Below are positions 28,537 through 39,287 of a stretch of 64,000 nucleotides of DNA, one piece after another. The notes below the pieces were generated by a model that made no database searches, was not told the DNA's origin, and saw only the letters and a list, made by a program, of their open reading frames with translations. The position numbers and the translations under genes are program-made. The stretch spans positions 32,001 through 96,000 of the forward strand of contig CAVTNR010000002.1 of the NCBI GenBank assembly GCA_963736115.1. Direction: 5' to 3'. How positions within the stretch are numbered: the stretch's first letter is position 1; every line of letters starts with the position of its first letter. Origin of the DNA: an uncultured bacterium. GTDB taxonomy: Bacteria > Zhuqueibacterota > QNDG01 > DTFT01.

Positions 28537-30727
28537 TCACCGGATCAGAGCGACCTTGAGCGCATCGCGGCCGGATCCGCCGGTCACTTCGATCACGTAG
28601 ATGCCTCCGGCGGCGGGACGACCTCCGTCGTCCGCACCGTCCCAGAACCAGGCGGCTTCGTGCCCTCCCGGCGCCGGCGGATCGATCGCGTCGAGGCGGA
28701 TTCTACGGCCGAGCGCGTTGAAAACCCGCACGCGGAGAAAACTGGCCTCATCCCGGGATCCGCCCTGAAAACGGACTTTCAACCGGACCCCGCCGTTGGA
28801 CGGATTCGGATGCGCCCCGAGAATGCGCAGGCTCCCGGCCGCGTGAATCTCCGCCGTCCCATCGACCCGGGTCTCGATGGAAGCCACCAGCACGGCTCCG
28901 AATTCGGCGGAAAAGGCCCTGCCTCTCCGTTCGAAGGACGAAACGCAAATACCCGCCTTCGGCTGGGTCGTGAATTTCATCTCCGCGGTCCGGAGGATAT
29001 CCCGCCACGTCAAACCGTCCTCCGAGCTGGAAAGCCTGACCCGGTCACCCCTTCTCTCCACGCGCACGCGGAGCGGAGGGTTCAGGGAGTCCCCATACAC
29101 GGAAAAAATGGTTTTCCCGTTCGGGATTTTCCGAACGTGCGTGATGAGCTGCCCCGAACGGGTCAGAAAAACGGAGAAGTGGGGGCTTCCCGGATCGAGC
29201 GTCTCCCGGATCATCAGGCCGGCCTTGCTGTCCGGATGCAGGCGCCTGCAGGCCGGCGATCATCGCTTCGATGCGAAAATCCCCTTCCGTGTCCCGGTAG
29301 GCGAACGTGCAGGCGTCCGCGGTGTCGTGCACGTCGCTCGCATGTCCTGATAGAATCAGGCCCGGGTCGTTCTCGATGAAGGACCCCGGATCGGGGACGT
29401 CGCCGATGTCGTCCCACATCCAGGCCTCCCTCCGGAACGGCCACCGGCTTCCGCTTCCGACGGGATTCGAACGGGAGGATGCGTCCCTGAGGTCCGTCAC
29501 CGTCAGGATGCAGGATTCCTGCGGCTCCAGCGGCGGCAGGGAGAGAACGGCCGACCGGCAGCCCGGGCCCGGATCGGCGGACAGGACGGTCCGTTCCGGC
29601 AGAACGCCGAAGTTCCGGGCGTCCCCGAGTCCGCTGCGCTCCATCGGTTCGCTGAACCGGATGCGCACCCGCGATGCAAGATCCGATGTCTCTATGACGT
29701 GAACGGACGTGATCCGTGGCCGTGCGGTGTCGGCCGGGGTCGTCACGACCAGGCGCGGATTGTCCTGAGATTCATCGAGGCGGTAATCAACGGCGCGTAT
29801 TTCATACACGTGCCGCGCTGCATCCGCGAGACCCGCGTCCACGGCCTCTGTTGTATCCGTCTCCAGAATTTTAAGTCCGTCCCGCATCACCCGGTAGAAC
29901 CAAGTTTCCGGATCCGAAATCACCGGATTCCATGTCAGACGGACCGAATGGTCCGTGAGATCGGCGGATGCCGGATTCCCAGGAGACGGAGGCCCGGTAG
30001 CCGGTTTTCCCCGGAGCGTCTGGCTGAACAGCCATTTCGGCAGATCGGGCGTGTGATACGCCTGATCCCCGATGTTGTGCCCTGTTCCCGGGTATTCCGT
30101 GTACAGGACCCGAACGGATCCCAGCCGGAGCAGGGCGTCGACCATTTCCCTCGCGCGGTCCACCCACACGGTGGCGTCGGCTTCACCGTGAAAGACCCAG
30201 ACCGGCAGGTGGATGATGCGGTCCGCCCGCTCCGGATCGGACCAGCCGCTGATCGGCACGGCCGCGGCCACGCGTTCGGGATGGTCTATTGCGAAGGTCC
30301 AGGCTCCCCCGCCCCCGAGCGAGGCGCCCGTCACGTAGACGCGGTCCGTATCAATCGGAAGCGTCCGGACAAGGGAGTCCACCAGCGCCCACGTCAGGGA
30401 CTCGGCATCCTTCTCCCAGCGCCCCCCGCTGATCTGCGGAACCAGGACAAAACAGGGTCGGAGGGCCTGGTTTTCCGGCTCTGCCCAGATTCGGGCTCCG
30501 GATTCCAGGTTTTTAACGTTGTCCAGACCCAGGCCGCCCGAGCCGTGCAGGTAGAGGATCAGGGGATAAACAGAATCCGCATCCGAAACGGAGGGGGTGA
30601 ACAGGCGGTACGGCATGTCGAATCCGTACCCGGTTCCCGAAAAAATCCCGGACCCGAAATCGTCCGGACCCGCGGACGCGGACAGGAACGGGAGAAGAAG
30701 AAGGGATCCGAACGCGAGAATTCTCAT
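28537..30727 (-). CDS. Secreted multidomain alpha/beta hydrolase (COG4099-like) with FN3, Ig-like, DUF1349-like and FlgD-type C-terminal domains; frameshift near 29240
   Basis: PLILYLHGSG, GASLGG, WVFHG, GH. Removing one base joins ...DSKAGLMIRETLDPGS...; C-terminus HPNPSN...WDG...GGIY. Confidence 0.8.
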
Positions 30728-30946
30728 TTCCGGCTCCTGGCAGGAGTTCAAACGCCCGGACGCATCCGGGAGGCACGGAGAATATAATCAACGGAGTGCG
30801 GAAAATCGTCCTGAATCATGAAGTAGTACGTTGAACCTTGAGGGGGGTTATCCGGAACAGCGTGCGGTCCGGACGTATCGGGCGGGTGTCATTCCCGTCT
30901 GCTCTATGAACACCCGATTAGAGGAGGACTTCGAGTTGTGTCAGGG

Positions 30947-32443
30947 TCATCGGATCGATCTCCGGCTCTCGGGTTCCGGCCGTTCCTCTCTCTCCAGATC
31001 CAGGACGAAGACCGTGCCGTCCGGTCCTGAACGGAGGAGGGAAACGCCGCCGCCATTCGCCTCGGCAAGCTGTCGGACGATGGAGAGCCCCAGTCCGGTT
31101 CCCTTCTCACGCGTGGTGAAGAAGGGGCTGAACACGGACGAACGGATTTCCTCCGGAATCCCCGGGCCCGTGTCCGTGAACCGGATGGCGATCCGGTTCC
31201 CTTCAGGCCCGGCCTCCACGGAGAGACGGCCTCCGCCGGGCATCGCCTGGACCGCGTTGCGCATCAGGTTCAGGCTGATGCGCTTGAGGTGGCTGGGATC
31301 GCAGAGGATCATGGCGCTTTCGGTGACGCCTTCAGTCGACAGGACGATCGCGCTTTTCCGGAATTCGGACTCGAGCAGGCCCGCGGCCTCGAGGACGACC
31401 GGAAGCACCGCGCAGGCCGTCCGGTGCGGCTCATCCGGACGCGCGTATTCCAGGAAACGGTCCACGATGTCCCGGAGATACCGGACTTCCTTGGCGATTT
31501 TTCCCACATGTTTCGCCGCGTCCGGATTCGCGGATGTTTCGTCCGCGAGCAAGCCCGCGAACAGTTCGATGCCGCCGAGCGGGTTCCGGATCTCATGGGC
31601 CACGCCGGCCACCATGGCCTTCAGCTCACGTTCACGCTCGACCACCCTGCGGCGCATGGATTCCATGGTGCTGGCCAGCCGCCCGATCTCCCCGCCCCCG
31701 GCGGCCGGAATCGGATCGTCGTACCGGCCCTCGCCGATCCGTTCGGAGGCGCGAACGAGTCCCCCGACCGGACGTGTGATGCTTTTGGCGAGAAAAAAAG
31801 CCAGCAGTCCGGTGGCCGCTGCGCCGGCGGCCGCGATCTGAAAAAGCCGTCTGCGGAGGGTGTCGACCGCGCCGAGGAATTCGGCGCTGCCGTCCACACC
31901 GACTCCCCCGACCACCCGGTCATCCCGGATCAGGGGCGCGAAACCCGTCATGGTCGGCCGCCCGTCGATGCCGTGGAACAGAATCGTATGCGACCGCTCC
32001 CGCCTGCCGAGTCCGGCTGTTTCGTCCCGGTGAAAGCGGAGCGCAAACAGCTCATCCCCCGGAGCGGAGCCCTCACGCGTATCGAGGAGCACCCGGTTCA
32101 TTCCGTCGAACAAGACGACGCGCTCGGCTCCGGTCAGGTCCCGGAAATGCCCGAGCTTGCCGCGGAAATATTCCAGTGTCCTGGGACCCGGTGAAGCGAG
32201 CAGGTAGCCGATTTCCTCGGGATCGAACGCCGCGGCCGCCGCTCCCGCGACCGACTCGAGCTTACGCCCCAGCTCGTCCTCCAGCGCGCGCCGGACGGTC
32301 CACTGCACGGACAGTCCGCCCAGGGCCAGCACGGCGATCAGCAGACCGGCAAAAAACAGGATCAGACGGACATGCAGACGGCTGAAGAAGGGGATGGAGC
32401 GGCCGTCCGCCGCAGGATCCGGATGATGCGGTTTCCGGTTCAC
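30947..32443 (-). CDS. HAMP-domain sensor histidine kinase (NtrB/AtoS-like)
   Basis: Two TM helices, HAMP, GVAHEIRNPL, NAVQA, DTGPGI, PFFTT, GTGLGL; GTGA overlap with the upstream stop. Confidence 0.92.
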   Translation of the reverse strand: MNRKPHHPDPAADGRSIPFFSRLHVRLILFFAGLLIAVLALGGLSVQWTVRRALEDELGRKLESVAGAAAAAFDPEEIGYLLASPGPRTLEYFRGKLGHFRDLTGAERVVLFDGMNRVLLDTREGSAPGDELFALRFHRDETAGLGRRERSHTILFHGIDGRPTMTGFAPLIRDDRVVGGVGVDGSAEFLGAVDTLRRRLFQIAAAGAAATGLLAFFLAKSITRPVGGLVRASERIGEGRYDDPIPAAGGGEIGRLASTMESMRRRVVERERELKAMVAGVAHEIRNPLGGIELFAGLLADETSANPDAAKHVGKIAKEVRYLRDIVDRFLEYARPDEPHRTACAVLPVVLEAAGLLESEFRKSAIVLSTEGVTESAMILCDPSHLKRISLNLMRNAVQAMPGGGRLSVEAGPEGNRIAIRFTDTGPGIPEEIRSSVFSPFFTTREKGTGLGLSIVRQLAEANGGGVSLLRSGPDGTVFVLDLEREERPEPESRRSIR

Positions 32444-33963
32444 GGCTCGGGCGGGCGCCTGAGGCGCAGGATGGGTTCCATGGCGAGTGAATCGACTTGA
32501 TGCGTGAGAAAGCGGACTGCTTCGTCGGGTTTCTTTCCAAACAGCGACACGGCATTTTTTTCGATCCGGTCGGCTTCCGCGAACATTTGTTCTTCGACGG
32601 CCGCGCGCCATTCCGCGGCTCCGCCGATGAGACGGAAATAATCCCGGTCAATGCGGTCCACGTTTCTTTTCAGAATCCAGAACGCGGACGAATCGTCCGG
32701 CGTGAACGTCCCCGGAAGCGGATTGAAGTGGCGGACAAAGGCTTCTTCTGCTGATTCGGATTCGGATTTGAATTCATATTCGGATGCGGACCCTGACCAG
32801 GCGTGAAACGCCTCCGGCGTGCGTTCGATGCAGGCATACCAGGGTGTATAGGGTGTGACGTCCGGCCTTCCGAAAGCCGTCCAAATTTTAGCCGTCATCG
32901 GATACGGAACGTCGGCGCGAAGCTCGGCGACCGTCGAGAAAAGCGTCACGGAATGGCAGATGGTCCGTTCACCTCCGCCATGTGGCGTCCTTCCCTCTCC
33001 TTCGGGAACGGCGTAGGGAGTGCCTTCATAATGGTCCCGCAGGACAGCCATCACGTCCTGCAACCGGATCTTCCTTCCGGGCTTCATGGAAAACGGAAGT
33101 CCTTCGCGTTCGGCCTCCTTTTCCGGAATCGGGTGGCCGGTGAGAAGGGACAGGCCGCGCCATTGCCTCAGGCTGAAGTTGCGCGGCTTCAGCGCCTCCG
33201 GATCGGATGAAGCGGCCCGATACGCCCGGCTGAAATCAAAGGGTCCGTCCGTATTGGGCGACCACCACCCTGCGGACCGGGCGTATGCCATGGGATCCTC
33301 GGACGAAAGCATGAAATTTTTCCTGTCACCGTCGGACACGCCGCGAACGACATAGGTGTTGGGAAGGACGACCACGGCGTCATCCGGGACGCGCTGTGCG
33401 ACCCAGTGTTTCCCGGCGGCTATGGACAGGAGCCACCCTTCTTTCGAATCGCAGATCACGAGAGTCCGACCGGATGACGGATAACCGAAGCGGTCCAGGA
33501 GTTCTCCGGCGATCCGCACTCCTTCGACAGCCGTTTTCGCGCGTTCGGCCACCACGCGCCTGAGGGGCCAGCCGGCGCCGCCTTCCGTAAGAACAGGATT
33601 CTGTTCGCGGGACGGGCAGGCGTCGCTGGCTACGGTCACGCCCCATTCGTTGCAGTACAGATCGGAATATTTCAGTCCATCGACCTGGAACCACAGCATG
33701 GCCCAGGTCTCGGCGGCCTGAGGAATTTCGGCTCCGCCAAGGAACCGGACCGTCTCTTCCGGGCCGTGCCGGAGACGCGGGACTTTCCAGACATGAACCA
33801 CACGGTCCCCAAAGTCGTCCTCGTTGTGGCCGAAGAGGACGGCGCCGGTCGCGGAAGCCTTGCGGCCTACGACCACGGACGTGCAGGCGTCCAGCGACTG
33901 AACCGCGAAAGCCGCCGCAAAGACGGCTGCGGAGATAAGGCGGAAAATCAGTTCTTTTCGCAT
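32440..33963 (-). CDS. Peptidase C69 (dipeptidase, Ntn hydrolase)
   Basis: Signal peptide then CTSVVVG, FGHNED, NEWGV, HWVAQRVPDD, RDHYEGT. Confidence 0.9.
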   Translation of the reverse strand: MRKELIFRLISAAVFAAAFAVQSLDACTSVVVGRKASATGAVLFGHNEDDFGDRVVHVWKVPRLRHGPEETVRFLGGAEIPQAAETWAMLWFQVDGLKYSDLYCNEWGVTVASDACPSREQNPVLTEGGAGWPLRRVVAERAKTAVEGVRIAGELLDRFGYPSSGRTLVICDSKEGWLLSIAAGKHWVAQRVPDDAVVVLPNTYVVRGVSDGDRKNFMLSSEDPMAYARSAGWWSPNTDGPFDFSRAYRAASSDPEALKPRNFSLRQWRGLSLLTGHPIPEKEAEREGLPFSMKPGRKIRLQDVMAVLRDHYEGTPYAVPEGEGRTPHGGGERTICHSVTLFSTVAELRADVPYPMTAKIWTAFGRPDVTPYTPWYACIERTPEAFHAWSGSASEYEFKSESESAEEAFVRHFNPLPGTFTPDDSSAFWILKRNVDRIDRDYFRLIGGAAEWRAAVEEQMFAEADRIEKNAVSLFGKKPDEAVRFLTHQVDSLAMEPILRLRRPPEP

Positions 33964-35138
33964 GTGCGGAGCAGATCCTTCACCGCGTCCCGGTGGACGA
34001 GGAAGGTGAGCATCTTGAACTTCACGAAATCGTCGCGATAAAAGGAATAACCCTTGTACGGGCCTTCATGCGCGCCGGAGCCCGAATCCTTGATCAGGAA
34101 CCAGTCGTGCCCGCCGACCTGGTATGTCCCGATGATGTGGATGCCGTGGTCATCGCCCGTGGTGCGGTTGTCGATGCGCAGTTCCCGGCTGCTCTGGTTG
34201 ATCCGGTCGCCTTGGATGTCGTATGTCGGGATGACGGCCAAACCGCTGTCCTTGTCCTTTCCGGATTCGGATACGTCGCCGCCGATGGCCACTGAGTATC
34301 CGTTCCGTATCGCCTGCGTGATCGCGGCGGACCATTCCTCCAGCGGGGCATTCCAGTATTCCCCGCTATGCCACCAGTTGTCCGGAACCTTGAACTCGCC
34401 TTTGGTGAAAAAGGTGTCTGTCATGCAGGACTGGAAGGAAACATACGCATCCACGGGAAAACGGAGCTTCTTTTCCAGAAAATCACGCGGGGTTATCCTT
34501 TTACCGGCCACGAGAATCGTTTCCGGCGGTTTGCCGAGATGCCGATCGAGAATGAGCCGGACATTGGCCAGGGCGTATTCCTCGTCCCAGTTTTCGTGCG
34601 CTTTCAGATACGAGAGGAAGTCCCGGAGCTCACGGAAGAGTTTTCCGTGGTTGTGCTTGACCGCGCCGTTCAGCAGGCCCGTGTAGTCGGACGCAGGCAC
34701 GATGCCGTACTCCTTCATCCGGAGAAGGACGGCTTCCTGTTCGGAGCCTTCCCCGAATTCGGAATTCCCCTTTTCCCGGACCCAGCGCCGCGCCTTCTCG
34801 ACATACTCCCAGTACACAACGTACATCTCGGACAGCTTGACCGGAGTGCCGTTCAGGCGGTGCAGTTCGGACTCCACGAAGGACAGACCGGAGAAGCACC
34901 AGCAGGTGCTCGTCGTATCCTGTCGGATCGGCGGCGTGTGGAAAACGGGACGGCAGTCCGCCACGGAGGCCGGATGCTCAATCCCCGAAAAATCCATGGT
35001 CAGTACGGTTTTCTTCTGTCCCCAGATGATCTTTTCCGCGTAGAATGCGGAATCCGGCTTCATGATCTGACCGGATGCGGCGGCGAAACCAAACGGGATC
35101 GCGAGAAACGGGATGGCTTTCGAGATAAAAGATCGCAT
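33948..35138 (-). CDS. Papain-family C1B aminopeptidase (bleomycin-hydrolase-like)
   Basis: Q...TCWCFS, KLSEMY, DDHGIHI, LIKDS. Confidence 0.88.
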   Translation of the reverse strand: MRSFISKAIPFLAIPFGFAAASGQIMKPDSAFYAEKIIWGQKKTVLTMDFSGIEHPASVADCRPVFHTPPIRQDTTSTCWCFSGLSFVESELHRLNGTPVKLSEMYVVYWEYVEKARRWVREKGNSEFGEGSEQEAVLLRMKEYGIVPASDYTGLLNGAVKHNHGKLFRELRDFLSYLKAHENWDEEYALANVRLILDRHLGKPPETILVAGKRITPRDFLEKKLRFPVDAYVSFQSCMTDTFFTKGEFKVPDNWWHSGEYWNAPLEEWSAAITQAIRNGYSVAIGGDVSESGKDKDSGLAVIPTYDIQGDRINQSSRELRIDNRTTGDDHGIHIIGTYQVGGHDWFLIKDSGSGAHEGPYKGYSFYRDDFVKFKMLTFLVHRDAVKDLLRTCEKN

Positions 35139-35157
35139 TATTTCCTCCTCATGATGT

Positions 35158-35250
35158 ACGCTCCGGGTAAACGTTCCGGGCCTTCAATGCGACAGTGTCT
35201 GATAAGTTTGGCCCCGCGCAGCGGGGAGGTTGGGAACCTCCCGGAGCGTT
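35158..35250. mobile_element. REP family B palindrome carrying the 46-bp micro-element
   Basis: ACGTTCCGGG-[CCTTCAAT-N16-AGTTTGG-CCCCGCGCAGCGGGG]-AGGTTGGGAACCTCCCGGAGCGTT. Confidence 0.7.
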
Positions 35251-35279
35251 CCGAATACAACGGAACGAGACCGTTCGTT

Positions 35280-35456
35280 TCAGAACCAGGTCCAGTCGTG
35301 ATGAGTGAAAAGATAATACACGACGTAAATCCATCCCAGCAAACCGTGAATCAGTGCCCAGATCACGGCCTTGTTTGCGGTCCACGACAGGATCATGGCC
35401 AGCACAGCCCCGAATCCGATCGACGATCCGGCTAAGATTCCCTTTCTTTCAGCCAT
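35280..35456 (-). CDS. Small 58-aa membrane protein (below the ORF-track cutoff)
   Basis: RBS AAAGGAG; MAERKGILAGSSIGFGAVLAMILSWTANKAVIWALIHGLLGWIYVVYYLFTHHDWTWF*. Confidence 0.8.
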   Translation of the reverse strand: MAERKGILAGSSIGFGAVLAMILSWTANKAVIWALIHGLLGWIYVVYYLFTHHDWTWF

Positions 35457-35507
35457 TACATTCTCCTTTCCCGCACACGCTCCGGTGATTCGCGTATCTC
35501 TCGGTGT

Positions 35508-35586
35508 ACGCTCCGGGCCTTCAATGCGATAGCGTCTGATATGCTTGGCCCCGCGCAGAGGGGAGGCTCGGAGCCTCCATGAGCGT
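35508..35586. mobile_element. Second REP family B palindrome with the 46-bp micro-element
   Basis: Direct repeat of 35158-35250. Confidence 0.7.
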
Positions 35587-35595
35587 GATATAACA

Positions 35596-36696
35596 TCAAT
35601 CCCCCATGCACGTGCCCAACCTGCGGGCCACGTCCACCAAGGGATGGTCGGGGCTGACCAGCCGCATCTTTCCGCCGACGTCGCTCAGCGGAACAGCGAT
35701 GATGTCGTCGCCGCGCAGGGCCACCATGACCCCGGACGCGCCGTTCTGCACGAGCTCGGCCGCCTTGACCCCGAAACGCGTGGACAGGACGCGGTCATAG
35801 GGCGTGGGCGTGCCCCCGCGCTGAAGATGCCCCAGAACAGTGACGCGGCTTTCAAGTGCGGTGCCCTCCTCGATCGCCCGTGCCAGCACCTGTCCGATGC
35901 CGCCCAGCCGAATCGGGTCCGTGCTGGTCTTCACGGTCTGTTTCACCACCAGTTCGCCGCCCTTGGGCCGCGCTCCCTCCGATACCACGACAATGCTGAA
36001 TCGACGTCCCCGCCTGCTCCGGTCCAGGACCGCCGCGCATACTTTCTCGATGTCATACGGGATTTCCGGAATAAGAATCACGTCCCCGCCGCCCGCGATG
36101 CCCGCGGACAGGGTGAGCCAGCCCGCGTACCGGCCCATGAGCTCGATGACCATGACCCGGTGGTGCGACATGGCTGTGGTATGAATGCGGTCAATGGCCT
36201 CGGTCGCGATGGCAACGGCCGTGTCGAAACCGAAAGTGGTGTCCGTGCCCCAGATGTCGTTGTCGATGGTCTTGGGCACGCCCACGATATGCACGCCCTT
36301 CTGTGCGAGACCCTTGGCGATGGCCATGGAACCATCCCCGCCGATGGCCACGATGCACTCGAGACTGAGTTCATCGATGTAACGGACGACGTCGTCGGAA
36401 ACGTCCGCGAATTGGACGTCATCCCCTTCTTTTTTTACCGCCCATTTGAATGGATTGGCCGTGTTCGAGGTGCCGAGAATCGTTCCGCCGATCGTGAGGA
36501 TCCCGGATACCTGCTCCCAATTGAGCGGCATCACCCGTTTTTCGATCAATCCCTGGTAGCCGTCCTCGATGCCGACGATTTCCATGCCATAGGCTCCGAT
36601 ACACGCCTTGGATACGCCGCGGATAACCGCATTCAGGCCCGGACAGTCCCCACCGCCGGTGAGCACACCGATCCGCTTGGATGGTTTTACCGTCAT
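35596..36696 (-). CDS. pfkA: 6-phosphofructokinase (PfkA family, probably ATP-dependent)
   Basis: GGDCPGLN, GGTILG, IGGDGS, PKTIDND, MGRYAG, LGHLQRGG. Confidence 0.93.
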   Translation of the reverse strand: MTVKPSKRIGVLTGGGDCPGLNAVIRGVSKACIGAYGMEIVGIEDGYQGLIEKRVMPLNWEQVSGILTIGGTILGTSNTANPFKWAVKKEGDDVQFADVSDDVVRYIDELSLECIVAIGGDGSMAIAKGLAQKGVHIVGVPKTIDNDIWGTDTTFGFDTAVAIATEAIDRIHTTAMSHHRVMVIELMGRYAGWLTLSAGIAGGGDVILIPEIPYDIEKVCAAVLDRSRRGRRFSIVVVSEGARPKGGELVVKQTVKTSTDPIRLGGIGQVLARAIEEGTALESRVTVLGHLQRGGTPTPYDRVLSTRFGVKAAELVQNGASGVMVALRGDDIIAVPLSDVGGKMRLVSPDHPLVDVARRLGTCMGD

Positions 36697-36756
36697 GATT
36701 GCCTCCATATATGATAAAAAAGTATAGGCATTTTTTATTTTGAAATCAATTTAAAT

Positions 36757-36788
36757 ATTGAAGGACCCCGCCGCAAGCAACGGGGGAT
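36757..36788. repeat. Uninterrupted ATTGAAG-CCCCGCCGCAAGC..CGGGG palindrome
   Basis: Empty-site version of 16391-16472 and 52012-52092; a degenerate copy follows near 36813-36830. Confidence 0.65.
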
Positions 36789-37001
36789 CGCAAAAAACTT
36801 AGATGATGGACGCCCCAAGCGGCGGGGGATCAGACCCGTCGGAGCGGCCAGAAGCCCAATCATCAATCATCCAGAATAACTGGAACCAGAATGACCGGGC
36901 TTCTGGCCGCCCGATTGAGTGGATGCAAGGCGGCCCGGATAACCGGAAACCCTTTGCCCTTCCGCGTCGTTCATACATGGACAGACAGGAGCGGGACGCG
37001 G

Positions 37002-37940
37002 ATGAAACGAAGACATATCCTAATGATTCTAATGGGCTTGGCATTTCTTCAATGCCGGGCCGGAGCGCAGGATCCCATGCCCTACAACAAACTGACCGCG
37101 GAAGAGGAGAGGGTTATTCTCCATAAAGGCACGGAAAGGCCTTTCACTGGCCGTTTCGTCGATCATGATGAAAAAGGGACCTATTCATGCCGCAGATGCG
37201 GGGCTGAGCTGTACCGGTCCGAGGACAAATTCCGGTCGGATTGCGGGTGGCCGAGTTTCGACGATGAGATTCCGGGCGCGGTCAAACGCGTTCCTGACAC
37301 GGACGGCAGACGCATTGAAATCGTCTGTAACCGCTGCGGCGGGCACCTGGGTCACGTGTTCTCCGGCGAGCGACTCACTCCGAAGAACACGCGTCATTGC
37401 GTGAATTCGATCTCAATGGATTTCATCCCCGCGGCCGCCGCTCATGACGCGGCCAGCACGGACACAGCCGTGTTCGCGGCCGGATGCTTTTGGGGCGTGG
37501 AGCATCTATTTGCGGCGGAACCCGGAGTCCTATCCACGACAGTCGGTTACACGGGGGGCCGGAAGGAGAAGCCTTCGTACGAAGAGGTCTGCTCGCACGG
37601 GACCGGGCACGCGGAGGCCGTTGAAGTCGTTTTTGATCCGGCCCGGACGTCCTATGAGAAACTGGCCCGCCTGTTCTTCGAGATACATGACTTCACCCAG
37701 GTGGACCGGCAGGGGCCGGACGTCGGGGACCAGTACCGTTCCGCTGTGTTTTTTAGGAACGGGGATCAGAAACGGATCGCGGAGAACCTGATCCGGGCAT
37801 TGTCGGAAAAAGGACTCAAGGTCGCAACGAAGCTGGAGCCTGTGGAAACGTTCTGGAAGGCCGAGGAGTATCACCAGGACTATTATCGGAAAACCGGTAA
37901 ACAGCCGTACTGTCACTTCAGGAGAAAAGTTTTCGAATAA
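37002..37940 (+). CDS. msrAB: Exported bifunctional methionine sulfoxide reductase (MsrB-MsrA order)
   Basis: GTERPF, CRRC, GWPSF, HLGHVF, RHCVNS then GCFWG, GHAEAV, AEEYHQDY; signal peptide. Confidence 0.93.
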   Translation: MKRRHILMILMGLAFLQCRAGAQDPMPYNKLTAEEERVILHKGTERPFTGRFVDHDEKGTYSCRRCGAELYRSEDKFRSDCGWPSFDDEIPGAVKRVPDTDGRRIEIVCNRCGGHLGHVFSGERLTPKNTRHCVNSISMDFIPAAAAHDAASTDTAVFAAGCFWGVEHLFAAEPGVLSTTVGYTGGRKEKPSYEEVCSHGTGHAEAVEVVFDPARTSYEKLARLFFEIHDFTQVDRQGPDVGDQYRSAVFFRNGDQKRIAENLIRALSEKGLKVATKLEPVETFWKAEEYHQDYYRKTGKQPYCHFRRKVFE

Positions 37941-37967
37941 AATTTTTTGGTCAGATTCAATACAGCT

Positions 37968-38010
37968 GTAGGTCCGAAATGGCCCGCATCTTCTTGCGGG
38001 CCTTTCGGAC
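37968..38010 (+). repeat. GTAG-type REP family C (GTAGGTCCGAAA...TTTCGGAC)
   Basis: Copies at 52323-52371 (+) and 52394-52436 (-). Confidence 0.75.
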
Positions 38011-38072
38011 GATCACTGCGGATGAAACCCTGAAGGGTAAATCCCAAACATAGAACCTTGAACTGTCTCCCC

Positions 38073-39262
38073 TCAGATCACCCCCAGCTTTCTCCCGATC
38101 CGCGTGAACGCCTCCACAGCGAAATCCAGGTCCGCCGTTTCGTGCCCGGCTGAAACCTGCACGCGTATGCGAGCCTGGCCGCGGGGCACGACAGGGAAGC
38201 AGAAGCCGATGACGTAAACTCCCTCGGCCAGCAGGGCGTCGGCCATGGACAGGGCGCGCCTCTCGTCGTAGAGCATGATGGGCACGATCGGATGGGTTCC
38301 CGGCTTGATGTCGAACCCGGCCGCGGTCATGCGTTTTCCGGAAATGCGCCGTGTTTTTCTCCAGCCGGTCCCGCAATTCGCGTCGTTCCGGAAAGCAGGT
38401 CCAGAACCGCGGATGTGGCTCCCGCCACTACGGGCGCGAGCGTGTTGGAGAAGAGGTAGGGCCGGCTCTTCTGCCTGAGAAATTCGATCATCTCCCCACG
38501 GCCCGCTGCGCATCCTCCGGACGCGCCGCCCAGCGCCTTGCCGAAGGTGGTGGTGACCAGGTCCACCTTGTCCCGCACGCCGAAAAGCTCGGGCGTCCCC
38601 CGGCCCGTGGGGCCGACGAATCCCGTGGCATGGCTGTCGTCCACCATGACAAGCGCGTCGTACCGCCCGGCCAGTTCGCAGATGCGGTCCAGTTTCGCGA
38701 ACGCGCCGTCCATGGAAAACACGCCGTCCGTGGCGATGAGTCGCAGGCGGCTGGACGCGGCTTCCTTCAGCTTGGATTCCATGTCGTCCATGTCGGAATG
38801 AGCGTAAATCAGTCTCTTCGCCTTGGCGAGCCGTATGCCGTCAATGATGGAAGCGTGGTTCAGCGCGTCTGTCAGGATCGCGCAGTCTTCGGAGAGGAAA
38901 GGCTCGAACACGCCGCCGTTGGCGTCGAAACATGCGGCATACAGAATGGCGTCGTCCGTTCCGAGAAAGTCCGCGATTTTCCGCTCGAGTGTCTTGTGGA
39001 GTCCCTGTGTGCCGCAAATAAAACGCACGCTGGACAGACCATACCCCCACCGGTCGAGCGCCTCATGCGCCGCTTCGATCACTTTCGGATGGCTGGAGAG
39101 GCCGAGATAGTTGTTCGCGCAGAAATTGAGGACCTCGCGGCCGTCCGCGAGCCGGATACGCACGGCCTGGGGTCCATCGAGCACGCGCTCGTTTTTATAC
39201 AGCCCCTCGTCCCGGATGCTTTTCAGCTTCGCGGTCAGGTCGTCTTTCAGCTTGCCGTACAT
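38073..39262 (-). CDS. kbl: 2-amino-3-ketobutyrate CoA ligase (two +1 frameshifts near 38335-38385)
   Basis: NFCANNYLGL, SVRFICGT, NHASIIDG, TDGVFSMDG, DDSHA, FGKALGG; C-terminus PVVPRGQARIRVQ in a shifted frame. Confidence 0.93.
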
Positions 39263-39287
39263 TCGATATTCCTTTCTCCCGTAAAAA

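Noticed and set aside
35158-35586. Integron attC sites
   Set aside because: No RYYYAAC/GTTRRRY cores and no integron integrase.
36803-37001. Short ORF upstream of msrBA
   Set aside because: It overlaps repeat-derived DNA and the msrBA start and has no recognisable coding features.
38073-39262. Serine palmitoyltransferase pairing with the KDSR-like SDR
   Set aside because: The motifs (FCANNYLGL, SVRFICGT) and linkage to tdh identify it as Kbl.
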